Source of the DNA: Candidatus Krumholzibacteriota bacterium
GTDB taxonomy: Bacteria; Krumholzibacteriota; Krumholzibacteriia; LZORAL124-64-63
Direction of reading: 5' to 3'
Length of the DNA stretch: 64,000 nucleotides
NCBI GenBank assembly: GCA_022711765.1
Contig: JAKLEB010000002.1
Coordinates: forward strand, 1,120,620-1,184,619
The notes beneath the pieces were generated by a model. That model made no database searches. It was not told the origin of the DNA and saw only the letters and a program-made list of their open reading frames with translations. This document shows positions 1 to 9,721 of the stretch, piece after piece; the first letter of the stretch is position 1, and the number at the start of each line of letters is the position of its first letter. A program made the position numbers and the translations under genes.

Positions 1-2641
1 CGTCGAGGTCGCCGTCGGCCGGCTGCTCGCGCGTGCTGATGCCGTCGAGGTCCCAGGGCAGCTCGAGGGGCGCCGACCGGAGGGGCTGCAGGCGCCTTGC
101 GGCCGGCGGCGCCGCGAGCTGCAGCGCGACCGTGCGCGGCCGGTAGGGCGCGAGGTCGCAGCGGAGCGCGCCGTCAGCCAGCGTCGCGCCGGCGCCCGCG
201 GGCAGCTCGACCTCGTCCGCGCGCAGCTCCCGGAACGCGGTGACCGCCGCCGGCGGGGCGAGCCTGACGCCGGCCGCCGGCCGGCCGGTCGTCTCCTGCA
301 GCCGCACGACCAGCCAGTCGCTCTCCTCGCTCTTCTTGAGCGCGCGCACCGCGACCTGAGGGTGGTCGACCTCGAGGAGCGACAGGCTGCGGCCCCAGGG
401 GCCCGGGTGGCGGTCCGTCGCGAACGCGAGGAGCGGCTGGTTCAGCTCGTCGGCCGCCCGCACGCTCGCGGTCCGCCACTCGGGGCCGTGCCCGCGGAGG
501 CTCACGGTCACGCGGTGGCGGCCGAGGTCCTGGCTCTTCTCGTCGTCGACCCAGGACCAGCGCTCGTTGACGGCCGGCGTGTGGATCAGCGACAGCCGCA
601 GGGCGCCCGCGTCCGGGTGGTCCCAGCCGAAGCGGCCGTCGTTCATCACCGTGAGCCCGAACGCGCCGGTCGCGTCGGTGAGGTCGGCCCAGCGCTGCGC
701 GGGCACCTCGTAGAGCGCCGGCCGGTTCACGCCGCGGCGGATCGCGCCGAGGCCCAGGTCGTACGTGACCGCGGTGTCGCGCGCGGTCGTGAAGAAGGCG
801 GCCTTGAGCAGCGTGCCCTTGGTCGCCCAGTCGATGTCGAGCGTCCAGTCGAGGCGGTCGTCGACCAGGGTCAGCGTCTCGCGGAAGACCGAGCCTGCCG
901 CCTCGTGGGTGAAAAAGAGGCGCGCGAACGCCGGACCAAGCTCCACCGCGTCGGGCAGCCCGCCGAGCGGGACCTCGGCGTAGGGCGCGGCCATCACGTC
1001 GTCGAAGTCGATCTCCCAGGCGGGCCACCGCTCGGGATCGTCGCGCAGGAGTTGCAGGCGGGGCGGCGCGGCGAGCAGCTCGCGGCCGGTCGCCTTGTCG
1101 ACGAGGGACGTGACGCCCTCGGCGCCGAGGCGAACGCGATAGGCGGCGTTCTCGATCAGCCCGGTCGCGGGGTCCCAGGTCGCGCTCGGCGGGAGGCCCG
1201 CGCCGGGGGTCCGCGCGCGCAGCTCGTAGACCGCGCAGCCGTTGCCGCGGACCGCGGCCGCGAAGGCGAGGCGGTCGACCGGCCCCCGGTCGCCCTGCGA
1301 GCGCCACGCTTGCGCTGGCACCTCGCGGCCGTCCGGGCCGAAGACGCCGGTGCCGGGCGCGAACTCGCCCTCGACGGTCACGACGTCCGTGCGCGGGTGC
1401 GCCAGCGAGTTGAACACGACGAGCGGCTCACCGGCGACGTCGGTCGCGAGGCCGCGCGAGACGGACTCGAGCGAGCTCTCCAGCACCTGCGCGAACTCCT
1501 GCTGGCTCAGCAACAGGTCGTTCCAGCTGAAGGCGTAGGCCTCGGGGATGCTGGTGCCGGTGAGGTCGTCGTGGAAGCCGTGCCACAGGAACCGGGTCCA
1601 CGCGCGCTCCAGCTCGGCGTGCGGATACTCCTTGCCGCCGAGCCACCAGGCCAGCGCCGCGGCGCGCTCGGCCGCGTCGGCCAGCACCTCGCAGCGCCGG
1701 TACCAGCGCTTCATCGCGGCCTGCGAGGTGTAGCAGCCGGCGCCGTGACGGGTCATGACGAGCTCGCCGTCGTGGACGGGGAGTGCGGCCGCCTGCCCGG
1801 GCGTCAGCTCGCGGAAGATCTGGTCGGCGCCCGCCGAGACGACCTCGATCGGTCCGTCCGACGCAATGCTCTTCTCGAGCCACTGCACCGACGCTTCGGT
1901 GGGCGCGCCGCCGGTGTCGCCGGTCCCGTAGTACCTGAACGCGACGGGCGGCCCGCCGGCGGCCACGGTGCGCTCGATGGCGGCCGTCACCGTGGAGTCG
2001 CGGGAGACGTCGCCCTCGAGGTCGCTCACGTAGGCGCCCGGGTTCACGGCCGCGACGACCTCGCTGCCGTCCACGCCGCGCCAGCGGCCGATGTCGAACG
2101 GCGTGCCGTAGGCCGAGCCCCAGGCGAGCTTCTGGGTGGAGAAGCCCGTGAGGCCCGAGTGCGCCATGACCGACGGCAGCGCCCAGCCGAAGCCGAAGCA
2201 GTCGGGCAGGAAGACGTCGACCGAGCGCACGCCCAGCTCGCGCGCGAACCAGCCGTTGCCGTAGAGCGCGTGGCGGAAGAGCGACTCGGGCGAGGGCAGG
2301 TTGGTGTCGACCGCGTCGAGCCAGGAGCCGCAGACGCGCCAGCGGCCCTGCCGCACGTACTCGCGCAGGCGCTCGAACTTCTCGGGGTAGTATTCCCGCA
2401 TGAGCTGGTAGCGGAACGCGCCCTCGAAGTTGAAGACGTAGTCCGGGTAGCGCTCGAGCAACGCGAAGTTGTCATCGAGAGTCGCCCGCAGGTACTCGTC
2501 GATCGTGGTCTGGATGGTCCAGCGCCACTGCGTGTCGAGGTGGCTGGTGGCGACCGTGTAGACCTTCGGCGTCGGGTCGGCGGCGAGCGCGGATCCGGCG
2601 AGGGCGGCGAGTGCGACGAGAGCGATGAAGAGCGGGCGCAA
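1..2641 (-). CDS. GH38 family alpha-mannosidase. Partial: the C-terminus lies beyond the window start.
   Basis: Not in the ORF track because there is no in-window stop. Reverse-complement translation from a TTG start at 2641 gives a signal peptide (LRPLFIALVALAALAGSALA), then DPTPKVYTVATSHLDTQWRWTIQTTIDEYL and DVFLPDCFGFGWALPSVMAH, the GH38 catalytic signature. The minus-strand sequence GGAGG lies 8 nt upstream (a ribosome-binding site). The frame is open down to position 1. Confidence 0.75.
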   Translation of the reverse strand, partial: MRPLFIALVALAALAGSALAADPTPKVYTVATSHLDTQWRWTIQTTIDEYLRATLDDNFALLERYPDYVFNFEGAFRYQLMREYYPEKFERLREYVRQGRWRVCGSWLDAVDTNLPSPESLFRHALYGNGWFARELGVRSVDVFLPDCFGFGWALPSVMAHSGLTGFSTQKLAWGSAYGTPFDIGRWRGVDGSEVVAAVNPGAYVSDLEGDVSRDSTVTAAIERTVAAGGPPVAFRYYGTGDTGGAPTEASVQWLEKSIASDGPIEVVSAGADQIFRELTPGQAAALPVHDGELVMTRHGAGCYTSQAAMKRWYRRCEVLADAAERAAALAWWLGGKEYPHAELERAWTRFLWHGFHDDLTGTSIPEAYAFSWNDLLLSQQEFAQVLESSLESVSRGLATDVAGEPLVVFNSLAHPRTDVVTVEGEFAPGTGVFGPDGREVPAQAWRSQGDRGPVDRLAFAAAVRGNGCAVYELRARTPGAGLPPSATWDPATGLIENAAYRVRLGAEGVTSLVDKATGRELLAAPPRLQLLRDDPERWPAWEIDFDDVMAAPYAEVPLGGLPDAVELGPAFARLFFTHEAAGSVFRETLTLVDDRLDWTLDIDWATKGTLLKAAFFTTARDTAVTYDLGLGAIRRGVNRPALYEVPAQRWADLTDATGAFGLTVMNDGRFGWDHPDAGALRLSLIHTPAVNERWSWVDDEKSQDLGRHRVTVSLRGHGPEWRTASVRAADELNQPLLAFATDRHPGPWGRSLSLLEVDHPQVAVRALKKSEESDWLVVRLQETTGRPAAGVRLAPPAAVTAFRELRADEVELPAGAGATLADGALRCDLAPYRPRTVALQLAAPPAARRLQPLRSAPLELPWDLDGISTREQPADGDLD

Positions 2642-2701
2642 CGGGACACCTCCGGAGCATCGACGATGCCGTCCGGGGGATCCCGAACGCGCCCGCAGAG
2701 T

Positions 2702-5700
2702 CTACTTCACGAGCGCGAGTTTGTGCACCTTCACTTCGCCCGCGGCGCGGGTCTCGCAGAAGTACACGCCCGAGGGCACGGCGGCGCCCCGGTCGTCGGT
2801 CCCGTGCCAGGCGACCTCGTGGCGGCCGGTCGCGAGCCGCTCGTCGACGAGCGTCCGAACCAGCGCGCCGCGCAGGTCGAAGATCCGGACGCTCACGTCG
2901 CCGTCGCGCGGCAGGTCGAGCGCGATCGTGGTCGCGGGGTTGAACGGGTTCGGGTGGTGGCTCACGCGCAGGACAGCGTCCGGCGCGACGGCGATTGGCG
3001 GACCGAACCAGACGCTGAAGCGGGTCAGCACGTCGTCGAGGATGATCGTGCGCGCCGCCTTGCCGGCGGAGCCGGCCGGCGGCGTCCAGCCCGGCGCGTT
3101 GAGGAGATAGCGGAAGTCGACGGGCATCAGCACGACCTGTGCGTCCTCCGCGGCGTGGCAGGCGTAGACAGCAGCCGCGAACGGATAGACCCCGGGTTGT
3201 CCGTCCGGACCGGTGAACTCGGCCAGGCGGACCGCGGATCCGGCGCCCGTGATCGCGTCGAACGCGCTGCGGGAGGGACAGCCGCCGTAGGCGATCCACA
3301 CCGGTACGCTCGAGATCACGCCGTTACCGGCGATCGAGGCGACCCGCGGCGAGACCTGGTTGCCGATGAAGGTGGAGACATCCGGGCCGTGGTAGCTCAC
3401 GTCGAGGTATGTGCTCACGAACGCGGCGCCCTGAGCGCCCGCGTCGAGCAGCGCGGATACGAGGTGGTCGCCGGTCAGGAAGGCGCGCTTGCCGCCCTGG
3501 CCGAACCACTGGGTGAGGACCGCGAGGTCGTTCGACGGATCGTCGTAGAAGTCGCCGTTCCCCAGGACCGACAGCGCGAGGTCGCCCGCGGAGTAGAGCA
3601 GCACCCGGTAGCCGCTGAGGACCGCGGACGTGGCCCGGCCGCCCAGGCCGTTGCCGACGCCGGAGGTGGGGCTGCGCGTGGTGTAGAGGTCGTAGGAGAC
3701 GCCCGCCGTGAAGCCCAGGTTCCGCAGGGCGTGGTGCCAGTGGTTCTCGCCGGGTCCGGTGCCGAAGTCATTCCAGAAGAGGACCTCCGGCTGGTCGTCG
3801 GGCGCGGGTGAGACCATGGTCGGCAGGGCGCGCACGATGAAGTCGCTGTCGTAGAGGAGGTCGTGGTGGAAGCTCGCGAAGCCGGCGGTGTCGGCGGGCA
3901 GCAGCGCGAGACCGATCTCGCCGGCCTGATCGTCGCGGACCTCGAAGCGGTAGTGGAGCACGTCGCCGGGGTAGAAGAAGTCGCTGTCGGGCAGGTCGAA
4001 GTGCCAGCGGTCGGGCACCGGCTCGCCGGCGGCGTTGAAGGTCGAATCGCCGTCGACCCAGCCCGTGACGACGGCTCCGGTCTGGACCAATCCGGCCGGC
4101 AGTTCGCGGACCGCGTCGAAGAGCGAATTGGCCTTCATCCGCACGTGCATCTGCGGCGGCCCGGCGAGGACGGCGCCCGGGCGGATCGTGGTCGCGGTGA
4201 CGACGACCGAGTCGCCGGGGTCGTTGCGCAGGTGCGCGGCGGGGCTGATGTTGCCGGCCATGTCCAGGCGGACCGCGTTGCGCGCGAGGTCCGTCGGGTC
4301 GATCGCGCCGGCGGCGGGGAAGCCGTCGTTGAAGAGGTCGACGCTGCGGGCGGAGAGGCTGGGGCCGGCCGTCGTCCACGCGGTGACCCGGACATTGTCG
4401 AAGTAGGGGGCGGGGGTGCCGTCGTCGCCCTCCCACCAGCCCGGCGAATCGTCGATCACGAGCAGGGAGACCTGGACGTGCGTGGGATTCGGGACGAGCA
4501 GGTCGGAGATGACCTCGTGCTGGCGGAGGTACGCGGGGCTGCCGTAGTAGAGGAAGTACCGCGTTCGCCAGGAGGCGCCGGCGAGATCGGCGGGGTCGCC
4601 GGTGTTCACGGAGCGGACGTGCCATTGATAGACGATCCCCGGGGATTCGGGCGATAGCGTCTCGTGCCGGTACACGCCGAACTCGAAGGAGGCGGCGTCG
4701 GCGCCCGCCGGCCACGCCAGCACGGGGCTCGTGATCCGGTTGGCGAGATAGTAGGGGTCGCCGAGCAATCCGCCGGAATGGTTCACGATGTAGCCGCCCG
4801 GCCCGTAGCACCAGTTGATGCACGGCGTGCCGCCGGTGCCCGGGACGACCAGGCCGTCGTCGATGAACGCGACCTGGGCCGACGAATTCGACACGCAGGG
4901 GTCGAGATCGACCAGGTGGATCCAGAGAGCCGCGAAATCGCCGACCGCCTCGGCGACAGGCCGCCAGCGGTCGCTCACGCCGTCCTCGAAGTCCTCGTCA
5001 TCGACGACGCTGCCGTCGACGGTGACCGTCACGTCGTCGAGCTGGCAGGCGCCGTCGGTGTCCCAGAGGCCGTCCTCGTCCGACCAGGCGCCGTCGGAGG
5101 AGAATCGCACCCGCAGCTGCACCTCGTCGCCGCCCGGGCCGACCAGCTCGCCCGCCGCGAGGACGACGGTCTCGTCGACCAGGATCGTACACTCGCCGTC
5201 GTAGGACCGGAGCGACTCCCACGAGCCGCCGCGGTTCACCTGCAGGTACGTGTAGTCGTAGCGCGGCTCGGTGTCGTTGCGCAGGGTCGCCGTCCAGCGC
5301 ACGCTGACGGGGACGGACGGGTCGGCGACGGCGTGGCTGAAGACGAGGTTCTGGCGCCAGTCGTTGCCGTAGCCCGGATCGCCGTCCGGGAACACCGTAC
5401 CGCACCACATGGCGTTCTGGCCGTGGGGCGCCAGGAACGGGCTCACCTGCCAGTAGCTCGGCTGCTCCCAGAGGTCCTCGTGGGCCCAACCGTGCCAGGA
5501 CGGCTGGCCGCCGGCGTCCTCGAAGCGGCCGTCGAGGCGAGCGGGTCCGCCGAGCAGGTCCAGGGTGTCGACCTCGGCCCTGGCGCCGCCGGCGACGCCG
5601 CCGTGGCGGATGTCGCCGGGATCGGCGCGGACCCGAACCGGCGTGTCCGGCCCGCCGGCCGCGGACGCGCCGATGGACCAGAGGACGCAGAGACCGAGCC

Positions 5701-5719
5701 AGAACCAGCGTCTCGTCAT
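2702..5719 (-). CDS. Large secreted hypothetical protein (1005 aa) with a T9SS/FlgD-Ig-like C-terminal sorting domain
   Basis: ORF in the track. N-terminal signal peptide MTRRWFWLGLCVLWSIGASAAG. GGGAGGG ribosome-binding site upstream. C-terminus HPNPFNPATTIALDL...IFDLRGALVRTLV...GVYFCETRAAGEVKVHKLALVK matches the C-terminal domain shared by four other secreted proteins in the window. Confidence 0.7.
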   Translation of the reverse strand: MTRRWFWLGLCVLWSIGASAAGGPDTPVRVRADPGDIRHGGVAGGARAEVDTLDLLGGPARLDGRFEDAGGQPSWHGWAHEDLWEQPSYWQVSPFLAPHGQNAMWCGTVFPDGDPGYGNDWRQNLVFSHAVADPSVPVSVRWTATLRNDTEPRYDYTYLQVNRGGSWESLRSYDGECTILVDETVVLAAGELVGPGGDEVQLRVRFSSDGAWSDEDGLWDTDGACQLDDVTVTVDGSVVDDEDFEDGVSDRWRPVAEAVGDFAALWIHLVDLDPCVSNSSAQVAFIDDGLVVPGTGGTPCINWCYGPGGYIVNHSGGLLGDPYYLANRITSPVLAWPAGADAASFEFGVYRHETLSPESPGIVYQWHVRSVNTGDPADLAGASWRTRYFLYYGSPAYLRQHEVISDLLVPNPTHVQVSLLVIDDSPGWWEGDDGTPAPYFDNVRVTAWTTAGPSLSARSVDLFNDGFPAAGAIDPTDLARNAVRLDMAGNISPAAHLRNDPGDSVVVTATTIRPGAVLAGPPQMHVRMKANSLFDAVRELPAGLVQTGAVVTGWVDGDSTFNAAGEPVPDRWHFDLPDSDFFYPGDVLHYRFEVRDDQAGEIGLALLPADTAGFASFHHDLLYDSDFIVRALPTMVSPAPDDQPEVLFWNDFGTGPGENHWHHALRNLGFTAGVSYDLYTTRSPTSGVGNGLGGRATSAVLSGYRVLLYSAGDLALSVLGNGDFYDDPSNDLAVLTQWFGQGGKRAFLTGDHLVSALLDAGAQGAAFVSTYLDVSYHGPDVSTFIGNQVSPRVASIAGNGVISSVPVWIAYGGCPSRSAFDAITGAGSAVRLAEFTGPDGQPGVYPFAAAVYACHAAEDAQVVLMPVDFRYLLNAPGWTPPAGSAGKAARTIILDDVLTRFSVWFGPPIAVAPDAVLRVSHHPNPFNPATTIALDLPRDGDVSVRIFDLRGALVRTLVDERLATGRHEVAWHGTDDRGAAVPSGVYFCETRAAGEVKVHKLALVK

Positions 5720-5910
5720 GACCAGCCCTCCCGACGGGGGTTCTCGAACCTCGCATGACTGAATCTACGGTATCAGTCGGCTGAGCGCCGCCCGTTCCCG
5801 GTCAGTCCGCCCCGGACCGCGAAATCGGACCCGCCCCGGTCGATCGTAGAATCACGCGGGCGTCACCGGGCGCCGGGTCCGGCAGCTCGACGCCGCGCGG
5901 CAACCGGTGC

Positions 5911-5950
5911 GCAAGAAGAAGAACCGGACGGCTCACGGGGAGCCGTCCGG
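5911..5950 (-). terminator. Rho-independent terminator for the 5998..6621 gene
   Basis: Perfect 11-bp stem CCGGACGGCTC / GAGCCGTCCGG (5924-5934 / 5940-5950) with a 5-nt loop. On the minus-strand RNA it is followed by the U-rich tract UUCUUCUUCUU (plus-strand gcaagaagaagaa, 5911-5923). Sits 48 nt downstream of the stop. Confidence 0.7.
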
Positions 5951-5997
5951 CTGGCTGGCGGAAGGACTGCGCCGGTGGACCGGCGCTGGTCGCGAGC

Positions 5998-6621
5998 CTA
6001 GTCGAACAGCGCCTTGACGCTCGACCAGCTCTGGTTGTCGGTGCCCACGGGGCCCGTGCCCGGGAAGTACAGCCACGCGTCGACCGGCTTGGTCACGCAG
6101 AGATTGTCGATCCAGTTCGAGCCGGCCCAGGGACTCGCGTTGTACGGACGGATCTCGACCACGAGGCCCTGGCCTTCCTGGGCCGCGCCGGCGGTCCAGG
6201 TGTAGCTCAGCTCGATCCACTCCTCGCCGGTGCCGCTGTAGGTACTGTTGCCGCTGGCACTGCCGGCGTAATCGTCGATGGTGCCGCCGGCGGTGGTCCA
6301 GTGGCCCCAGATGCGGCACGACGGGTTGCCGGTGATCATATCGAGGGTCATGATCGACGCCGTCACCTGGTCACCCTCGTGCAGACCGGTGATCCAGGCC
6401 ACGTACGCCTGAGGTGTGCCGGTCGCTCCGATTTCGTAGATCTCCAACGAATGGGTGCCCTCGAACGCCTGGGCTTCGGTGTTGGCGATATACATGTCAT
6501 CGGGCAGGTAGGCGCCGAGCATCGTGCCGCCATCTTCCCAGCCGTAGCACCAGGTATCCTGCGCCACGGCGACGCCAGCCATCAGGCACACCGCCGCGAA
6601 CAACGTGAACAAGGCCTTCAT
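5998..6621 (-). CDS. Small secreted hypothetical protein (207 aa, Cys-containing)
   Basis: ORF in the track. Signal peptide MKALFTLFAAVCLMAGVAVAQD. GAGAGGAG ribosome-binding site 8 nt upstream on the minus strand. The AT-rich promoter region lies directly upstream. Confidence 0.65.
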   Translation of the reverse strand: MKALFTLFAAVCLMAGVAVAQDTWCYGWEDGGTMLGAYLPDDMYIANTEAQAFEGTHSLEIYEIGATGTPQAYVAWITGLHEGDQVTASIMTLDMITGNPSCRIWGHWTTAGGTIDDYAGSASGNSTYSGTGEEWIELSYTWTAGAAQEGQGLVVEIRPYNASPWAGSNWIDNLCVTKPVDAWLYFPGTGPVGTDNQSWSSVKALFD

Positions 6622-6865
6622 GGTGAACTCCTCTCAGGTCTAGAACTCGAGGCAACGCGGCATCCGGGACCACCGCTCGAGGTTCCCCAGGCCGCTCACG
6701 CGACTGCGCTATTTTATCACGATTCGTAAGAGAAGTACACCCCGGGCGTGACGAAATATGTGATCATATGTAAACCAAGCGTTCGACTAGCCATATCTTT
6801 CCCTACGCGCAACGCCCATAAATACTGGATAAACGACAGACTGATAATGGATTACGTTATTTGAC

Positions 6866-6901
6866 CCGCGCTGGCGCCGGCGCTAGTTGCGCCGGCGCAA
6901 C
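6866..6901 (-). terminator. GC-palindrome hairpins at the end of the ABC permease gene, a candidate operon terminator
   Basis: Two self-complementary GC blocks, GGCGCCGGCGCT and GTTGCGCCGGCGCAAC, overlap the stop codon. On the minus-strand RNA they are followed by an A/U-rich tract (CAAAUAACGUAAUCCAUUAUC). Confidence 0.4.
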
Positions 6902-8220
6902 CGGTCGATCAGCACGGCGCCGAGGATCACGAGCCCGAGCACGACCTTCTGCGTGTAGCTCTCCACGTTGGTCAGGTTCATGCCGTTCTGGATGACAGCG
7001 ATGATGAACGCGCCGATCAGCGTGCCGAGCACCCGCCCCTCGCCGCCCGAGAGGCTCGTGCCGCCGACCACCACCGCGGCGATGACGTACAGCTCGTACA
7101 TCAGGCCGTAGGTCGGCGCGCCGCTCTTGAGCTGGCTCGCCATCAAGACCCCGCCGAGCCCCGCGAGCGCGCCGCACAGCGCGTAGGCGAAGAGCAGCAC
7201 CGCGCCCGTGCGCACCCCGGCGAGCCGCGCCGCCTCCGGATTGCCGCCGACCGCGTAGACGTACCGCCCCAGCGCGGTGCGGCTCATCAGCAGATGGGCG
7301 ACGGCGTAGAGGAGGAGCATGAGCCACACGGCCCACGGCACGCCCGCGAGCGGATCGACGCCGCGCCCCAGCGTCGTGATCGACTCCGGCGCGTCGTAGA
7401 TGGGCCGGCCGCGGGCGACGATGTAGGCGACCCCGCTCGCGACCTGCATCATCGCGAGCGTGGCGATGAACGGCGGCAGCCGGAACCGCACGATCATGGC
7501 GCCCGAGAAGAGCCCCGCGAGCGCGCAGAGCGCGATGGCGCCGAACCCGGCCGCGAACAGCGCGCCCGCGCCCGCGCCCGCTCCGCCCAGCGCGCGCACG
7601 AGCCAGGCGCACACGACCGCCGACAGCGCGATGAGCGACCCCACCGAGAGGTCGATCCCCGCGGTGATGATCACGAGCGTCATGCCGACCGCGACGATGG
7701 CGATCACCGCGATCTGGTTCGCGACGTTGCGCAGGTTGTCGGCGAGCAGGAAGGTCGGCCAGCGGTACGACGCGGGCGCGAGGACCGTGGCGCCGGCGAG
7801 GCCCGGCACCGCGGCAGCGATCGATCGCGCCGCCGGCAGGCCGGACGTGAGGGTGGCGAGCCAGATGTCGGCCGGGCCGTCGTCGACGAGACGCTCGCAG
7901 GCCGCGCGCAGCTCGGGCGGACCGCCGGCGGCTGTCGCGACGGCGGTGAAGCCTGCCGCGCGCAGCCGAGCGGCGAGGTCGTCGGAGAATCCGCGGTCCT
8001 GCTCGCTGTCGCGGATCAGGATCAGGATGGCCGCATCGGGCTCGGCGTGGCCGATGAGCTCGGTCGCCAGCTCGGCGGCGGCGCGGGCGCCCGTGGGGTG
8101 CTGGTCCTGCATGGTCAGCACGGAGAAGAGTACGCAGAGCAACAGCAGCACGCCGAGCATGCCGTAGCCCGCGAAGCGGCGGCGCAGGGCGCCGGTCAGG
8201 TTCGTCGCGTCAGGCGCCAT
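6883..8220 (-). CDS. Sugar ABC transporter permease (CUT2 / RbsC-like) with an ~120-aa periplasmic insertion after TM1
   Basis: ORF in the track. Multi-TM permease core resembling ribose/xylose-type permeases, with an 11-nt overlap onto the ATPase gene. Confidence 0.7.
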   Translation of the reverse strand: MAPDATNLTGALRRRFAGYGMLGVLLLLCVLFSVLTMQDQHPTGARAAAELATELIGHAEPDAAILILIRDSEQDRGFSDDLAARLRAAGFTAVATAAGGPPELRAACERLVDDGPADIWLATLTSGLPAARSIAAAVPGLAGATVLAPASYRWPTFLLADNLRNVANQIAVIAIVAVGMTLVIITAGIDLSVGSLIALSAVVCAWLVRALGGAGAGAGALFAAGFGAIALCALAGLFSGAMIVRFRLPPFIATLAMMQVASGVAYIVARGRPIYDAPESITTLGRGVDPLAGVPWAVWLMLLLYAVAHLLMSRTALGRYVYAVGGNPEAARLAGVRTGAVLLFAYALCGALAGLGGVLMASQLKSGAPTYGLMYELYVIAAVVVGGTSLSGGEGRVLGTLIGAFIIAVIQNGMNLTNVESYTQKVVLGLVILGAVLIDRLRRRN

Positions 8221-9721
8221 GAGGCTCCTTGGCCACGGCCAGGGCCAGCACGTCGGCCTGGCTCGCGGCGCGGGGATCGGGGATCTCGCCGGCGAGGCGA
8301 CCCTCGTGCATCACGAGGATGCGGTCGGCCATGCCGAGCACTTCCGGCAGCTCGCTCGAGATCATCACGACGGCCTTGCCGCGGGCGGCGAGGTCGTTGA
8401 TCAGCTCGTAGATCTCGTACTTGGCGCCGACGTCGATGCCGCGCGTGGGCTCGTCGAAGATCACGACGCGGGCGTCGCGCTCGAGCCAGCGCGCGACGAG
8501 CAGCTTCTGCTGATTGCCGCCCGAGAGCTGGCCGGCGCGCTGGTCGGGGCCGGCGACCTTGATGCGCAGGCGCGCGACGTGGCCGGCGAAGCGGTCGGCC
8601 TCCGTCGTCCGGTCCAGCCAGCCGGCGCGTGACCAGCGGTCGAGGTTGCCGAGCGCGAAGTTCTCGCGGGCGCCGAGGCCGAGCACGAGACCCTGGCCCT
8701 TGCGGTCCTCGGTCAAGAGCGCGATGCCAGCCCGGATCGCGGCGCGCGGCGAGCCCGGCCGGACCGCGCGACCGTCGACGCGCACGGTGCCCGCGCGCGG
8801 GCGGTCGGCGCCGAACACGAGGCGCGCGAGGTCGGTGCGGCCCGCGCCCACGAGGCCGGCGAGGCCGAGCACCTCGCCGGCGCGGACGGTGAAGGTCACC
8901 GGCTTGACGCGGCCGCCGCACAGGCCGTCGACCGCGAGCACGACCTCGCCACGCACGGCCGCGCGCGGGGGGAACTCGCGATCGAGGGGTCGGCCCACCA
9001 TCAGCTCGATGAGCCGGCCGCGGTCCAGCGCGGAGGCGGCCCAGACGCCGAGCAGCTCGCCATCCCGCATCACGGCGATGCGGTCGGCGAGGCGCGCGAC
9101 CTCGTCGAGGCGGTGGCTGATGAACACGAGGCCCAGGCCCTGGGCCTTCAGCTCGCCGAGCACCGCGAACAGGCGCTCGGTCTCGCGGGGCGTGAGGGCC
9201 GCGGTGGGCTCGTCGAGGATCAGGACGCGGGCGTCGGCCAGCAGCGCGCGGGCGATCTCGACGAGCTGGCGGTGGGCGAGGTCGAGCTGGGCGACGGGCA
9301 CGTCGGGGTCGACGTCGCAGCCGAGACGGGCGAGGACCTCGCGAGCGCGCTGGCGTTCTGCGGCGCGGTTGAGCGGACGCAGGAGCCGCGGCTCGCGGCC
9401 GAGGAAGAGGTTGTCGCGCACGGTGAGGCCCGGGACCTGGCTCAGCTCCTGATAGATCACCGCCACGCCGGCGCGGGCCATTTGCGCCGGCGCAAATCCG
9501 GTGAGGTCGCGGCCGTCGATCTCGACCGTGCCCGCGTCCGGCGCGTGCGCGCCCGAGACGACCTTGATGAGCGTGCTCTTGCCCGCGCCGTTCTCGCCGA
9601 CGAGCGCGAGGACCTCGCCAGCGCGGACGTCGAGGTCGGCGCCCGCCACGGCGACCACGCCGGGGAACGTCTTGCGCACGCCGCGCAGGCTCAACAGCGG
9701 GGTGTCAACGGCCGGCGGCAT
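8210..9721 (-). CDS. Sugar ABC transporter ATP-binding protein (tandem NBDs, RbsA-like)
   Basis: ORF in the track, 503 aa. Two Walker A motifs (GENGAGKST; GLVGAGRT) and an LSGGNQQK signature. Confidence 0.8.
   Translation of the reverse strand: MPPAVDTPLLSLRGVRKTFPGVVAVAGADLDVRAGEVLALVGENGAGKSTLIKVVSGAHAPDAGTVEIDGRDLTGFAPAQMARAGVAVIYQELSQVPGLTVRDNLFLGREPRLLRPLNRAAERQRAREVLARLGCDVDPDVPVAQLDLAHRQLVEIARALLADARVLILDEPTAALTPRETERLFAVLGELKAQGLGLVFISHRLDEVARLADRIAVMRDGELLGVWAASALDRGRLIELMVGRPLDREFPPRAAVRGEVVLAVDGLCGGRVKPVTFTVRAGEVLGLAGLVGAGRTDLARLVFGADRPRAGTVRVDGRAVRPGSPRAAIRAGIALLTEDRKGQGLVLGLGARENFALGNLDRWSRAGWLDRTTEADRFAGHVARLRIKVAGPDQRAGQLSGGNQQKLLVARWLERDARVVIFDEPTRGIDVGAKYEIYELINDLAARGKAVVMISSELPEVLGMADRILVMHEGRLAGEIPDPRAASQADVLALAVAKEPHGA

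Noticed and set aside
362-3811. 1149-aa plus-strand ORF spanning the GH38 and 2702..5719 genes
   Set aside because: Antisense to two well-supported minus-strand genes. The composition is dominated by R/G/A/V/E, typical of high-GC antisense frames. No domain signatures.
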